A stretch of DNA of 64,000 bases from Candidatus Dormiibacterota bacterium (lineage in GTDB: Bacteria; Chloroflexota; Dormibacteria; Aeolococcales; Aeolococcaceae). Each line of letters opens with the position of its first letter. Position 1 is the stretch's first letter. Of this stretch, positions 1 to 11,283 are shown piece after piece. The DNA is taken from the NCBI GenBank assembly GCA_963819095.1, contig CAWFUO010000012.1:145701-209700 (forward strand), written 5' to 3'. Made by a program: the position numbers and the translations under genes. A model generated the notes under the pieces. It was not told the DNA's origin, did not search any database, and saw only the letters and a list, made by a program, of their open reading frames with translations.

Positions 1-740
1 GCCGATGGTGATCACCGCCGGGGAGAACGGTGACGTCTCGCGGCTGATGATCGACTGGATCGCGAGGATCACCTGAGCGGTCACGACGACCGGATCGATG
101 GCGGTGTGCGGCATCCCACCATGCCCGCCCCTGCCCTGGATCGTGACCGAAAAGCTGTCGGCGCTCCCAAAGATGACGCCAGACTTGACAGCAACTCGGC
201 CGGTCTCGAGCGGCGCCCAGAGATGGATGCCCAGGACGCGATCGACGCCCTCGGCCGCGCCGTCGTCGATCATCGGCATCGCGCCCGAGGCCGTCTCCTC
301 TGCCGGCTGGAAGCACAGCCGCACTCGTCCCGACCAGCTGTCCCGCAGTGCCACCAGCGCGCTCGCGGCTCCGAGCAACATGGCAACGTGGCCGTCGTGC
401 CCGCAGGCGTGCATCACACCCTCGACGGCGGAGGTGACGATCCGCCCGTCGCCACGCTCGACGATGGGCAGCGCATCCATGTCGGCACGCAGGATCAGCG
501 TCGGCCCCGGCTTGCCGCTGTCGAGATCGGCGAGCACCCCGGTCCCGCCGATGCCGGCGCGAACCGTGAAGCCGAGGTCGGCGCTGCGCTGCGCAACGAG
601 TACCCCGTATCGCGTTCCTGGAGCGACAGCTCGGGGTGCCTGTGGAGTGCGCGCCTGGTCTCGGTGACCTCTTCACGCAGTCCTGTCGACCTCGGCTCGG
701 ATTCGCGCGTCGAGATCGACGGCGAGGCCGCTCACGATGC
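1..740 (-). CDS. M20 family amidohydrolase (hippurate hydrolase / N-acyl-amino acid amidohydrolase-like), 3-prime partial at window edge, apparent frameshift near 560-600
   Basis: Minus-strand translation gives HRHPELSLQE and MHACGHDGH motifs and a SFSVTIQGRGGHGGMPH block typical of the M20D family. Two reading frames are needed to assemble it. Confidence 0.5.
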
Positions 741-769
741 GCCGGTTGCGCCCACGCCCGAGCGCCGCA

Positions 770-1085
770 GGGCCACCGCCTGAATCGACCCGTTGTTGAC
801 GACCCGGGTCGCGCCGCGAAGCACGCGCTCGCCGTCGCAGGGCGAGGTCGCCGTGGTGCGAGAACCCGACGATCTCGAGGTCGGGGCGCTGGTCGCGCAG
901 CCGTCCGATCATCGCGAGGCGGGATTCGACCGCGGTGTTGAGGTCGACGAACACCAGCTGCGACATCAGGAACGGCTTCCCCGGCAGACAGCAAAGCGCT
1001 GCCTCCCGCTCGCCGCATCGTGGTGCTCAGCTGACTGGCGAACATGAGGTCGTCAGTGACCAGTGCGACCGTGCCCGGTGAGCCC
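770..1085 (-). CDS. CheY-like receiver domain protein, frameshifted
   Basis: TVALVTDDLMFASQL (beta1-alpha1 with DD pair) and, in another frame, QLVFVDLNTAVESRLAMIGRLRDQRPDLEIVGFSHHGD (phospho-acceptor Asp, beta4) read as a receiver-domain pattern. Confidence 0.3.
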
Positions 1086-1183
1086 ATGCCGCCCATCATA
1101 GGTGCGGGGGCCGCCCGCCCTCGGGCAGACTGCGCCACGCGGCCCGAGCCGAGACCGCCCGCCGCATCAGAGGAGTGCCACGA

Positions 1184-2033
1184 ATGGAGATCGGGAGCGT
1201 GGGGATCATCGGCGCCGGGCTGATGGGCTCGGGCATCGCCGAGGTGTGCGCCCGCAACGGAATCCGGACCCTGGTGACCGAGGCGGGAGCTGGAGCAGCT
1301 GGCCGCCGGTGAGCGCCGTGTCAGCGCTTCGCTGGAGCGCGGCCGGAAGACCGGGAAGCTCAGCGACGAGGATGTCGAGCGGATCCACGGCATGCTGACC
1401 TTCACGCCGCGGCTCGAGGATTTCGCTGAATGTGACTTCTGCGTCGAGGCGATCGTCGAGCAGCTACCGGCCAAGGTGATCCTGTTCGAGCGGCTCGACC
1501 GCATCGTCTCCGAGGACGCGATCCTGGCCACCAACACCTCCGCGCTGCCGATCATCGAGATTGCTCGCGCGACCCGGCGGCCGGACAGAGTCATCGGCAC
1601 GCACTTCTTCAACCCGGCCCCGGTGATGAAGTTGATCGAGGTGGTCCGGAGCATCGCCACCAGCGACGAGACGCTCGACGAGACCCGCGTCCTGGGCGAG
1701 CGCCTCGGCAAGCGCATCATCGTCGCGCAGGATCGGGGCGGCTTCATCGTCAACCTGCTGCTGATCCCCTTCCTCACCCACGCGATCCGGCTGTACGAGT
1801 CGGGCTTCGCCACCCGCGATGACATCGATGAGGGGATGCGCCTCGGCTGCGGTCATCCGATGGGTCCGCTCCAGCTCCTCGACTACATCGGCCTCGACAC
1901 CGCGATGTTCGTCTGCGAGTCGCTCTACGAGGAGTACGCGAACAGCGACTTCGCCCCTCCCCCGCTGCTCCGCCGGATGGTGTCGGCCGGCTACCTCGGC
2001 AAGAAGAGCGGGCGCGGCTTCTACGAGTACTGA
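1184..2033 (+). CDS. hbd: 3-hydroxybutyryl-CoA dehydrogenase; one apparent frameshift near 1285
   Basis: N-terminal Rossmann segment MEIGSVGIIGAGLMGSGIAEV in frame 2. Remainder (ORF 1392..2033) carries NTSALPI, FFNPAPVMKLIEVV and the C-terminal dimerisation domain. Confidence 0.75.
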
Positions 2034-2047
2034 CCCGCGAGGATCGC

Positions 2048-2482
2048 TCAGTTGGCCCGCTCCGTTGGTACCGGCGCCGGCGCCTGGCGCTCCTCGACCG
2101 TGAGATTGACGGCGCCGATCCGGTTGCCGCCGGTCCAGAACTCGGTCGTGTACAGGCCGGGCTCGCCGAACATCGGCTGAAGGACGGTCACCGTGGAGAT
2201 GCTGACCTCCTGTCCGGGGACGAGCCTCGCACCCGCCGCCTGGAACTGCAGGGTCACCGGCGCGAGCACCAGCTTGCCCTGCGCGTCGGTCAGGCGAAGC
2301 TCAACCTGGTGCGCCTCTCCGACGTCCGCGGCGCTGAAGCGGAACCCCGCCACCACGGCGAATCCCGCCCTGCCCGGCAGCGACGCCATCGAGAGGGCGC
2401 TGAAACCGCCGCCGAGCACGTACAGCTTGCCGTCGGGGGGAACCACGGCGCTGTCCGCGAAGAAGGCGAAGCTCAAGTCCAT
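2048..2482 (-). CDS. hypothetical protein (144 aa)
   Basis: Intact ORF with non-low-complexity sequence. No family recognised. Confidence 0.35.
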   Translation of the reverse strand: MDLSFAFFADSAVVPPDGKLYVLGGGFSALSMASLPGRAGFAVVAGFRFSAADVGEAHQVELRLTDAQGKLVLAPVTLQFQAAGARLVPGQEVSISTVTVLQPMFGEPGLYTTEFWTGGNRIGAVNLTVEERQAPAPVPTERAN

Positions 2483-2559
2483 GCCGGGCTACTTTCGCAC
2501 GCCGGCAGAGGGCGGAGCCGCGGCCCGGTGGGCGACCATTGGGCGTGATGAGCGATCCA

Positions 2560-2887
2560 GCGCCACCGCAACCTGCACGTCTTCGTCTGCACGACCGTCG
2601 GGACGCCACCACTGCGGCGGACAGGGATCGGAGCACATCCTCCAGCGCCTGCGCGATGAGGTCGAGCGCCTGCGAGCTGACCTGGGTGCGCACCACGCGC
2701 ATGGGTTGCAACCAGCAGCACCATCAGGGACCGATCCTGATCGTCTATCCGGAGGGCGTCTGGTACGGCCGTCTCGCACGTCGCCGATGTCGACGAGATC
2801 ATCGCCGAGCACCTCATCGCCGGACGCCCGGTCGAGCGCCTTCGCATCGTTCCCGACGGCCCCTGGTCGGCAACCTCGCTGACCTGA
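2560..2887 (+). pseudogene. thioredoxin-like [2Fe-2S] ferredoxin, about 3 frameshifts within 330 nt
   Basis: Three frames give HVFVCTT / CGGQGSEHILQRLRDEVERL / GPILIVYPEGVWYGRL / DVDEIIAEHLIAGRPVERLRI, which together match the (2Fe-2S) ferredoxin-domain family. Confidence 0.5.
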
Positions 2888-3229
2888 AGCCGCGCGGGAG
2901 TGTAGGGTGAATCCGAGCGAATCCACCCGTACAGGAGGCGACGGCATGGGCTACATCCGAGGATTGATGCATGGTGCGGCGGTGGGAACCGTCATCGGAC
3001 TCTGCGTCGCGCCCCAGACCGGCGACAAGACCCGTGCGCAGCTTCGCCTCATGACCGCTGCTGCACGAGAGGGTGCGATGACCACCGGCCGCGCGCTGAA
3101 CAGGGCAAAGCCGATGGCGAGCGGCGCGGTGCACATGGTTGCGAGTGCCCGGCACCGCGGCGAGCACGCGGCCAACGGCACGGCGTCGGCGAGCGGCGCC
3201 GCCGTTAAGCGCCGCACTAGGCCCCGGCG

Positions 3230-3652
3230 GTCGGCGCGGCGGCCGTCGCCGGTGACTGAGCCGCCCACGCCCGCAGAGCACACCGAGCGCGCCGGTGATG
3301 ACGTCGAAAATGTTCATCGCCATCGTGAAATGCACGCCGGCGATGCTGCGCGTGCCGGCTGCGTTGTCCGGGTTGACGAAACCGATCAGCGCCAGCAGCA
3401 GGAGCACGACGCCGACGGTGAGCACGATCTCCCCGCGCGATCCGCTCCGGAGCTCGGAAACCCGCGAAGCCGAGGACTCCACCGATGACCAGGTCGAGGA
3501 CGTCCCTCACGTAGGTCAGGTGCAGCGTCATCGGCCCCACGTTGCCCTGGGGCTGGTGGTGGAGCAGCGTTCCCGGCGTCACCGGTCAGCAGGCCGCCGA
3601 GGCCCACCGCCAGGAAGACGACCGCTCCGAACTGCGCGTAGAGGCGTGCCAT
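3230..3652 (-). pseudogene. DUF4383-like small membrane protein, frameshifted
   Basis: Pieces MARLYAQFGAVVFLAVGLGGLLTG / GPMTLHLTYVRDVLDLVIGGVLGFAGF / SIAGVHFTMAMNIFDVITGALGVL sit in three frames. Collinear with DUF4383 architecture. Confidence 0.4.
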
Positions 3653-3664
3653 CGAGGTCAGACG

Positions 3665-4475
3665 TTAGCGGATGGCAGCGGGGAGCCAGCGAGCCGCGAC
3701 GATGGTCACGTTGTCGGTCCCGCCGCCGGCGAGCGCCGCATCGCACGCGCGCGTCAGCGCCACCCCGAGCGGGTCGGGAGCGGCCACGATCGCGCCGAGC
3801 GCCGGGTCGGACAGCGGCTCCCAGAGGCCGTCCGAGCAGAGCAGCAGGACGTCGCCGGGTGCCGCGTCGACCTCGAAGATGTCCGCCTCGACCGGGTCGC
3901 CCATCACCGCCCGCTCGATGAGGTTGCGCTTCTGGTGGTGCCGCGCCTCCTCGGCGATCGAGGGCCCCGAGCCGGACCTGGCCGGCGGCCCAGGAGTGGT
4001 CGTCGGTGATCTGGGTGACCGGCGATGCCGCTGATCAGGTAGCGCGCGGCTGTCGCCGACGTTGGCGACCGAGGCGTGGCGTGCCGCTGATGATCGCCAG
4101 CACCAGGGTCGTGCCGGGGTTGCCCCCGATGCAACTCGCGGGCGACGGCCACGGCATCGTTGGCGGCTGCCACGGCCCGGCGCAGACGTCGGGGCTGCAT
4201 CCGGCGGACGGCTCGCATCCGGACGAGCACGACCATCGCCGCCGCACCGCGGCTTCAGCCGATTCGAGCCCGCCCTTGTGACCGCCCATCCCGTCGGCGA
4301 GCGCCAGAACGGCGCCGTTCCGCCGTCGGCCGGATCTGCGCGTCCCAGACGTCCTGGTTCTGGGTGCGCACGGGCCCGCGATCGGTGATCCCGGCGATCT
4401 CCAGTGCCGCACCCTCGCCGGCGATCGACCGCTCGGCGCGGTCGTCGGTCACGCCCCGGCTCCGGCCTCGGCAGC
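3665..4475 (-). pseudogene. PP2C-family Ser/Thr phosphatase, at least 2 frameshifts
   Basis: Motifs LEIAGITDRGPVRTQNQD, LALADGMGGHKGG, VANVGDSRA, LLLCSDGLWE and GGTDNVTIV are spread across frames. Confidence 0.55.
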
Positions 4476-4499
4476 GGCGGGATGGCCGAGCACGCCGCT

Positions 4500-5177
4500 C
4501 GCACGACCTCATCGGCGACGGCGACCGGATCCAGGCACTGGATCGTCTGCATGCCGAGGGCGTCGGCCGCCTCGACGTTGCAGAGCAGGTCGTCGATGAA
4601 CAGACAGCGTTCCGGCTCGCGACCCCGAGCAGGCTGCAGGTCAGCGCGATAGATCTCGGGATCAGGCTTGCGCATCCCCACCTTCGACGAGTCGACCACC
4701 ACGTCGAAGAGCTCGTCGACGGGGAAGAGCTTGGTGAAGATCGCCTCGCCCTCCGTCGAGATGTTGGTGAGCAGCGCGGTCTTGTATCCGGCCTCGCGGA
4801 TCTGCCGGACGGCGTCGGTCATCGCGCCGCACGCCACCATGCCCCTGCCGAAGACCACCTTCTGGGCCTCACGGGGATCGACCGGGTCGTTGCCGGCCTC
4901 GACGTAGCGGGCGATCATGCGGTCGAAGAACTCGTCGTCGGAGATCTTGCCCATCTCCAGCAGGTGCAGATCGTGGACGCCCGGTGGTCAGGTGGTAGTG
5001 GTCGCGGAACTCGCCGAGGAAGAACGCGATCACACTGAAGTACTCGGGAGGGACGTCGGTTCGGTGGTGGAAGAGGGGCTCGGTCATGACCCCGCCGAGA
5101 TCGAAGATCACGGCGTCGAACTCGCGACCGGCGGTGACCGGCTCAGTGGTCGCCTGCTGTTGTGTCATCGCCTCCAT
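4500..5177 (-). pseudogene. HAD-superfamily hydrolase, frameshift near 4960
   Basis: N-terminal FDAVIFDLGGVMTEP (motif I) in ORF 4869..5195. C-terminal CLFIDDLLCNVEAADALGMQTI (motif IV) in a different frame. Confidence 0.5.
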
Positions 5178-5206
5178 TGTGCCTAACCGTGCCAAGATCC
5201 CCGGTC

Positions 5207-6146
5207 ATGCTGGTGCTGAGCAAGCACGATGTCGAGCGCGCTGCTCTCGGTGCCGGCGATGCTGGAAGCGCTCGAGGCCGGCTTCCGAGCGTATTCAACC
5301 GGGCACGCTTCGGTGCCGCCCCGCACGGCCGCGCGGTCGCCCGACGGGCTGCTCGGCGCCATGCCCGGCTGGGTCGCGGATCGGGGTTTCGCGCTGAAGG
5401 CGGTCAGCGTCTTCCCCGCAAACGGTGAGCGTGGCCTGCCAACCCACCAGGGCGTCATCACCCTCTTCGACGAGCAGTCGGGCGCCCTGCTGAGCGTCAT
5501 GGATGGCGAGCACATCACGGCGATGCGGACGGGCGGTGGTGCCGCGGTCTCGGTCCGCGTGCTGGCACGCCCCGAGGCGAAGACGCTGACCATCCTCGGG
5601 GCCGGTGTGCAGGGCCATTCGCACATGGCCACCGTGCCCCTCACACGAGACTTCACGACCATCCGGATCTGCTCGCGAAACCGCGATCACGCGGCGGCGC
5701 TGGCATCCACCGACCCGCGCTGCGTCGTCATCCCCAGCTTCGAGGAGGCGGTACGCGGCGCGGACGTCGTCTGCTGCTGCACCGATTCCAGGGAGCCGAT
5801 CACCCGCTACGAGTGGTTCGACGCCGGGACGCACGTCACCTCGGTGGGAGGCACATTCGGTCCCGAACTCGATGCCGGCACGATCCGGATGGGCCGCGTG
5901 TTCGTCGAGTGGAGGGGTGCAGCCAGAACGCGCCACCCGCCGGCGCGCACGAACTCCAGGGACGGGACCCGGCAACGTATCACCGAGCTCGGCGAGGTGA
6001 TCGCGGGGTTGAAGCCGGGGCGGCAGGCCGCTGACGAGATCACGGTGTACAAGTCGACAGGCAGCGGGTTCGAGGACGCGGTGGTGGCGCAGATCGTCTT
6101 CCACGCCGCCGTTGCCGCAGGCGTGGGGACGGAAGTCGACCTGTGA
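5207..6146 (+). pseudogene. ornithine cyclodeaminase / mu-crystallin family protein, 2 frameshifts
   Basis: TLTILGAGVQGHSHM Rossmann motif. MLVLSKHDVER start in another frame. C-terminal TGSGFEDAVVAQIVF after a second shift. Confidence 0.55.
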
Positions 6147-7086
6147 CGGCGATCGAAGGGGTCGACGCCGCGCGCGTCCACGAGGTCGCGCGAGCTGGTC
6201 GCGCCGTACATCCGTCACACGCCGCTGGTTCCCGGCGCCGGCAGGCGGAGTTCCTCAAGCTGGAATCGCTGCAGCCGAGCCGGGAGCTTCAAGGTCCGCG
6301 GCTTCTTCGCCGCAGCCTCGTTGATGGAGCGTGAACGCGCAGCGCGGGCTGCTCACCGTCAGCGCCGGCAACGCGGCTCTGGCGTGCGCCTACGTTGCAC
6401 GAGCGCTCGATGTCCCATGCCGCGTGGTGATGTCCGACACCGCGCCGGCACTCAAGGTCAACGGCGTGCGCGACCTCGGCGCGGAAGCAGTCCTGATGCC
6501 CCGCGAGCGATGCTCATGAGTGGATCGCGACGCGTGGCTGGGAAAACGACCGCGAGGTGTTCATCCACCCTTCGCGAGCGAGGCGGTCATCCCGGTCACG
6601 CCTCGATCGTTCCCGAGATCCTCGCCGACCTTCCCGATGTCGAGCGTGTGCTCGTGCCGTAGGCGGGGGCGGGTTGATCTGCGGCATCGCGTTGGGTTCG
6701 CCGCGCTCAAGCCTGAGGTGCAGGTGATCGGCGTGCAGTCGGACGGATATCCCTTGTGGGAGCAGGCATTTGCCATCAGCGGACCGCCGTCGCTCACGCC
6801 CCGGACCGATCGCCGACGGGACGTCCGCGCCATTCGATCCCGTGATGTTCGAGCGTTGGGTTCGCTGGTGCGCGACTGGGTCGTCGTGCCGGAGAGCACG
6901 TTGCGCACGACGGTTGCGCGCCTGGCGATCGACGTCAAGGTGGTTGCTGAAGGAGCCGGTGCGCTCGCTTACGCTGCAATGCTCGACGGTCGCTCCACGC
7001 CACGCACGGTGGCGATCCTCAGCGGCGGCAACATCGACGCAACGCTCCTCGCGACGTTGCTCACCGAGGAGCGACTGCTGAGCTAG
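6143..7086 (+). pseudogene. PLP-dependent threonine/serine dehydratase, multiple frameshifts
   Basis: Fragments IRHTPLV, FLKLESLQPS.FK, LLTVSAGNAALACAYVARALDVPCRVVM, VPVGGGGLICGIA and ILSGGNID are scattered over three frames. Confidence 0.5.
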
Positions 7087-7089
7087 AGG

Positions 7090-7401
7090 TCAGGACCCGC
7101 CGGATATGGCCTGGGACGATCCACCGAAACCGCTCTGGGGAAGTTGAGCCGGAGGCACGAAGCTCGGCTGGTCATCGACCGGCTGCTGCGGCTCCTGTCC
7201 CGCGGTCGGATCTGATAAGGACGGTACGTTCGCCGGTGGGGTGGTCGCAGCGGACGGCGTTGCCGCCGCGACCAGTGACAGGACGGCCGTCAGCCCGGCC
7301 GCGCCCATGCCGGCATACAACACCAACCGCCGGCGCAGCAGCAGGCTCAGGTCGCGACGCAGACGAGCGGAATCGAGTTCGCCGGGGGCCATCGCGCCCA
7401 T
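7090..7401 (-). CDS. hypothetical small Pro-rich protein
   Basis: ORF only. Confidence 0.2.
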   Translation of the reverse strand: MGAMAPGELDSARLRRDLSLLLRRRLVLYAGMGAAGLTAVLSLVAAATPSAATTPPANVPSLSDPTAGQEPQQPVDDQPSFVPPAQLPQSGFGGSSQAISGGS

Positions 7402-7644
7402 CGTAGCCGCGGGACCTTACAAAACCCTGAGGGCCCGACGCGGGTCCGGTCAGCCGGCATGACGAAATGCAATGCTTGCGGCCCTGCGGGAAGGGATCGA
7501 AGGCGGTGCCGGACTGGGCGTCCAGCGTCCGTCCTACGCAACGAGAGTTGCAGGTGAGGTGGTGGGGGAGCTCGCGACGACAGCGATTATCGGTTGGCTG
7601 CTGTTTGCAGCGACCGGATGTGGTGACTCAACGTCACCGGCGGC

Positions 7645-8923
7645 GTGGTGCGGACGGTGATGCACCGCTCGCGTCGCGCCGTCGTCGTCGTGGGCACGCT
7701 GATCGCGCTGCTCTCCCCTGTCGCCGCTGACGCCGCGAGCGGCGGCGATGGGACCCAGCCGGGCCCGTCGAGCCAGGGCACCGGGGCGGTGACCCACGGC
7801 AAGCTCGTCGCGGGTGCCGGCGGTACGTACTTCCCGATCGTTCCCGTCAACATCACGCCTGGCGGCGCGGACGCGCGCAATCCCCTCGATATTCCGCCGG
7901 CCGGACCCGATCCCCAGGGCATGATCTGCCCTGCGTCGCATCGGTTTCACGTCGGTCCCGGATCACCGTCACCAGGGGGCGGCATCGTCTCGGCGACGTC
8001 CATCCTCCCGACCTTCACGAGGAACGCGGTGGGTGGCTACGACGGCGCTGACCCCAGGTTCGCCTATGCGGTGGCAGGAGCGATCCCGGCGGGCGGTGAT
8101 GCCGCGGACACTTCGCCCGGGAGCCTTGCCACCGCGGCGAATGTGGCCGGGCACATCGTCGCTGTGACGGCCTTCCTGCTCACCCGCGGCACATGGGTGG
8201 ACGCGCAACCCACAGCGCCATTCGGCGGGAGCTGCCAGGGTGCGCTCTTCTCATTCAGCGTCCCATACCTCGCCGGGGATGTACCCGCACCGGAGCCTCC
8301 GGTCAGCGTGGTGACCACCCCGCCATTTCCCGTCGGCGCCGACCTCATGACAGCGTTGACCAGAACGTGGACCGTCGGGAGTGTCGCGACGATCCCCGGC
8401 GACATCGCCGACGTCACGCACCTGGGTGCACGTCCCCACATGCGCGTGGACCGACTCGTCGGTGCCGGTCGCACCCGATCCTTATCACGCGCTCACCACG
8501 ACGACGGTGAGCGGCTACACGCTCTTTCTTCTCTACGACGTCACCGTCACCCCTGGCACCGTCGCCTGGAGTTGGGGAGACGGCACCACAACTTCGGCTC
8601 CGAGCCCGGTGGAGCACGGACCGGCAACGCTGCCGTCATACGATCCATCGACGCAGCGGTGGACCGATCCCTGCGCGGTGAGCCACGAGTACGCGGCGGT
8701 TTCGGCGGGCGCCACGATCACGGCCACGGAGACGTTCACCATCACGATCACGGTGAGCTGGAGCGACGGAGTCACGACCCATACCGAACCGGTGGCGTGC
8801 GACCGTGCGACCGGCGGCGCATGCCGGATCACGCTCGGTCCGAACAACGGATGGCGGAGCGGTCCGCATCCGGTGGACCAGATCGAACCGGTGCCGTATC
8901 AGCCCCCGTCGCCAACGCCGTAG
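7645..8923 (+). CDS. secreted hypothetical protein with signal peptide; frameshift near 8400-8470
   Basis: N-terminal MHRSRRAVVVVGTLIALLSPVAADAASG signal peptide. Continues in ORF 8381..8923 with a Thr-rich beta-strand-like segment (TITATETFTITITVSW). The rest of the 823-aa track ORF is antisense to gpmI. Confidence 0.45.
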
Positions 8924-8934
8924 GCCGCGCCGGC

Positions 8935-10470
8935 TCAGGGTTCGAGCAACGACGTGCCGGTCATCTCCGCCGGCACCGGGAGGCCCATGGCGTCCAATAC
9001 CGTGGGCGCGATGTCGCTCAGACCGCCGCCTGCACGCAGCGGCCCCGGGCCCGCGCCGCACAGAATCACAGGCACTCGACTGGTGGTGTGCGCGGTGAGC
9101 ACCGATCCATCGCGGCGGTCGATCTTGTACTCGGCATTGCCATGGTCGGCGGTGATGAGCAATCCCCCGTGGGCGTCATCGACGGCGCGCGCAATGCGTC
9201 CGAGGCATGTGTCAACACACTCGACGGCGCGAACGGTCGCCTCGAACACGCCGGTGTGCCCGACCATGTCGGCGTTGGCGTAGTTGGCGACGATGAGCGC
9301 ATCCCCGCCCTCTCGCAGCCGAGCGACCACCGCATCGGTGATGGCCGGCGCGCTCATCTCCGGGACGGTGTCGTAGGTCGCAACCCGCTGCGACGGCACC
9401 AGCAGCCGGTCCTCGCCCTCGAACGCCGCCTCGCGACCGCCGTTGATGAAGTACGTCACGTGCGCGTACTTCTCCGTCTCGGCCACGTGGAACTGACGCA
9501 GACCGGCTGCGCTCACCTCCTCGGCGAGCGTATGCAGGACATCCTCGCGTGGGAACGCCACGCGGGCGGGGAGATCGCGTTCGTACTCGGTGAAGGTGAC
9601 CAGGTCGACATCGCGAAGCACCCTCGACCGAGGGAAGCCGTCGAAGTCCGCGTCGACAAGCGCATGGGACAGCTCACGCGCGCGATCCGGCCGGAAGTTG
9701 AAGAAGACGATCGAGTCGCCGTCCTCGATGCGGACCCGCTCACCGTCCTGCAGGATCGAGACGGGAGGCACGAATTCGTCGGTGACATCAAGCGCGTACT
9801 GCGCCTCGACGTAGGCAATCGCGTCGGCGGCCATGCCGTCACCGTCGCCGGCGATGACCGCGTAGGCCGGGGCAACGCGCTCCCAGTGGCGATCCCGGTC
9901 CATGGCGTAGTACCGGCCGGACACCGAAGCGATGGCTCCGACACCGATCCGCTCGAGGCCGTCCAGGAAGGTTCGAAGAAAGCCCGCCGCGCTGGTCGGC
10001 GGCTCATCGCGTCCATCGAGAAATGCGTGGAACCACACCGACTTCAGGCCGCGGCGCCGGGCGAGCTCCGCCAGTGCCAGGGCATGGTCCTGGTGGCTGT
10101 GCACACCACCAGGTGAGATCAGGCCGAGACAGTGCATCGCGGCACCACGATCTCGCGCGCGGTCGACCGCCTCGGACAATGCGGGGTTCTCGTAGAAGCT
10201 GCCGTTCTCGATCGCGCGGCTGATCGCCGCGAGCGGCTGATAGATGATCCGCCCGGCGCCGATGGTGAGGTGGCCAACCTCCGAGTTGCCCTGCTGCCCC
10301 ACCGGCAGGCCCACCTGCTCGCCGCTTGCGTCGACGGTGGTGTGCGGGCATTGCCGCTCGAGCGCGTCGAGCTCCGGCGTGTGTGCGGCGGCGATCGCGT
10401 TCCCGTATGGGTCCGGGTTGTCGCCCCATCCGTCGAGGACGATCAGCACGAAGGGTCGCACCCCGCTCAT
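8935..10470 (-). CDS. gpmI: 2,3-bisphosphoglycerate-independent phosphoglycerate mutase
   Basis: Intact 511 aa. LIVLDGWG, GNSEVGH and HSHQDH motifs. Confidence 0.95.
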   Translation of the reverse strand: MSGVRPFVLIVLDGWGDNPDPYGNAIAAAHTPELDALERQCPHTTVDASGEQVGLPVGQQGNSEVGHLTIGAGRIIYQPLAAISRAIENGSFYENPALSEAVDRARDRGAAMHCLGLISPGGVHSHQDHALALAELARRRGLKSVWFHAFLDGRDEPPTSAAGFLRTFLDGLERIGVGAIASVSGRYYAMDRDRHWERVAPAYAVIAGDGDGMAADAIAYVEAQYALDVTDEFVPPVSILQDGERVRIEDGDSIVFFNFRPDRARELSHALVDADFDGFPRSRVLRDVDLVTFTEYERDLPARVAFPREDVLHTLAEEVSAAGLRQFHVAETEKYAHVTYFINGGREAAFEGEDRLLVPSQRVATYDTVPEMSAPAITDAVVARLREGGDALIVANYANADMVGHTGVFEATVRAVECVDTCLGRIARAVDDAHGGLLITADHGNAEYKIDRRDGSVLTAHTTSRVPVILCGAGPGPLRAGGGLSDIAPTVLDAMGLPVPAEMTGTSLLEP

Positions 10471-10479
10471 GCCGCGTTG

Positions 10480-11283
10480 CTACGTGGTGTCACGCGATCC
10501 GGCGCTCGCCGCTGCCGCAGCGGCGACGATGAGGCCGAATTCCTCGGCACGCAGGCTCACACCACCCACCAGCGCGCCGTCGATATCCGCCTCGGCGAAC
10601 AGCGATGCGGCGTTGGCCGCCGTGACGCTCCCGCCGTAGAGCACGCGGGGTGCACCGTCGAGGTACCGCGCACGAACGTGCTGCTTGATGTGCGCGACCA
10701 CCTCCTGCGCCTGGTCCGGGGTTGCCGTGCGCCCGGTCCCGATCGCCCACACCGGTTCGTATGCGATCACCCAGTCGTCAACAGACGGTGGAGTGTCGAG
10801 CTCGGCGAACACCGCGTCGAGCTGGCGGTCGACCACGTCGAAGGTGCTGCCGGCATCGCGCTCATCGCTGGTCTCCCCCACTGCGACGATCACCTGGAGC
10901 CCATGCGCGAGCGAGGCGACGAACTTCTTGCCCACCTCGTCATCGCGCTCACCAAAGAGGTGGCGCCGCTCGGAATGGCCGACGAGGGTCAGATCGCACC
11001 AGCCCGCGAGCATCGCGGGTGAGATCTCACCGGTGAACGCCCCCGAGTCCTTGTAGAACACGTCCTGGGCGCCGAGCCGCACGCCGGTTCCCTCGAGCAC
11101 CGAGCGGATCGCCCACAGATGGGTGAAGGGCGGCAGCACGGCAACGTCGACACCGGTGACCCCGGATACCGAGGCGCACACCGCCTGTGCCAGGGCAAGC
11201 CCCTCGTCCACGGTCGTGTTCATCTTCCAGTTCCCGGCGACCATCGGCTGCGGCAGCCGGCCGCGCAGTGGCTCCTGGGTCAA
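10480..11283 (-). CDS. tpiA: triosephosphate isomerase
   Basis: AGNWKMN, HSERR and AYEPVWAIGTG motifs. Confidence 0.95.
   Translation of the reverse strand: MTQEPLRGRLPQPMVAGNWKMNTTVDEGLALAQAVCASVSGVTGVDVAVLPPFTHLWAIRSVLEGTGVRLGAQDVFYKDSGAFTGEISPAMLAGWCDLTLVGHSERRHLFGERDDEVGKKFVASLAHGLQVIVAVGETSDERDAGSTFDVVDRQLDAVFAELDTPPSVDDWVIAYEPVWAIGTGRTATPDQAQEVVAHIKQHVRARYLDGAPRVLYGGSVTAANAASLFAEADIDGALVGGVSLRAEEFGLIVAAAAAASAGSRDTT

Noticed and set aside
7645-10116. 823-aa plus-strand ORF
   Set aside because: Only the first ~1.3 kb (the signal-peptide protein) is plausible. Beyond ~8930 it runs antisense to the intact gpmI gene and is an Arg/Gly/Asp-rich high-GC reading-through artefact.
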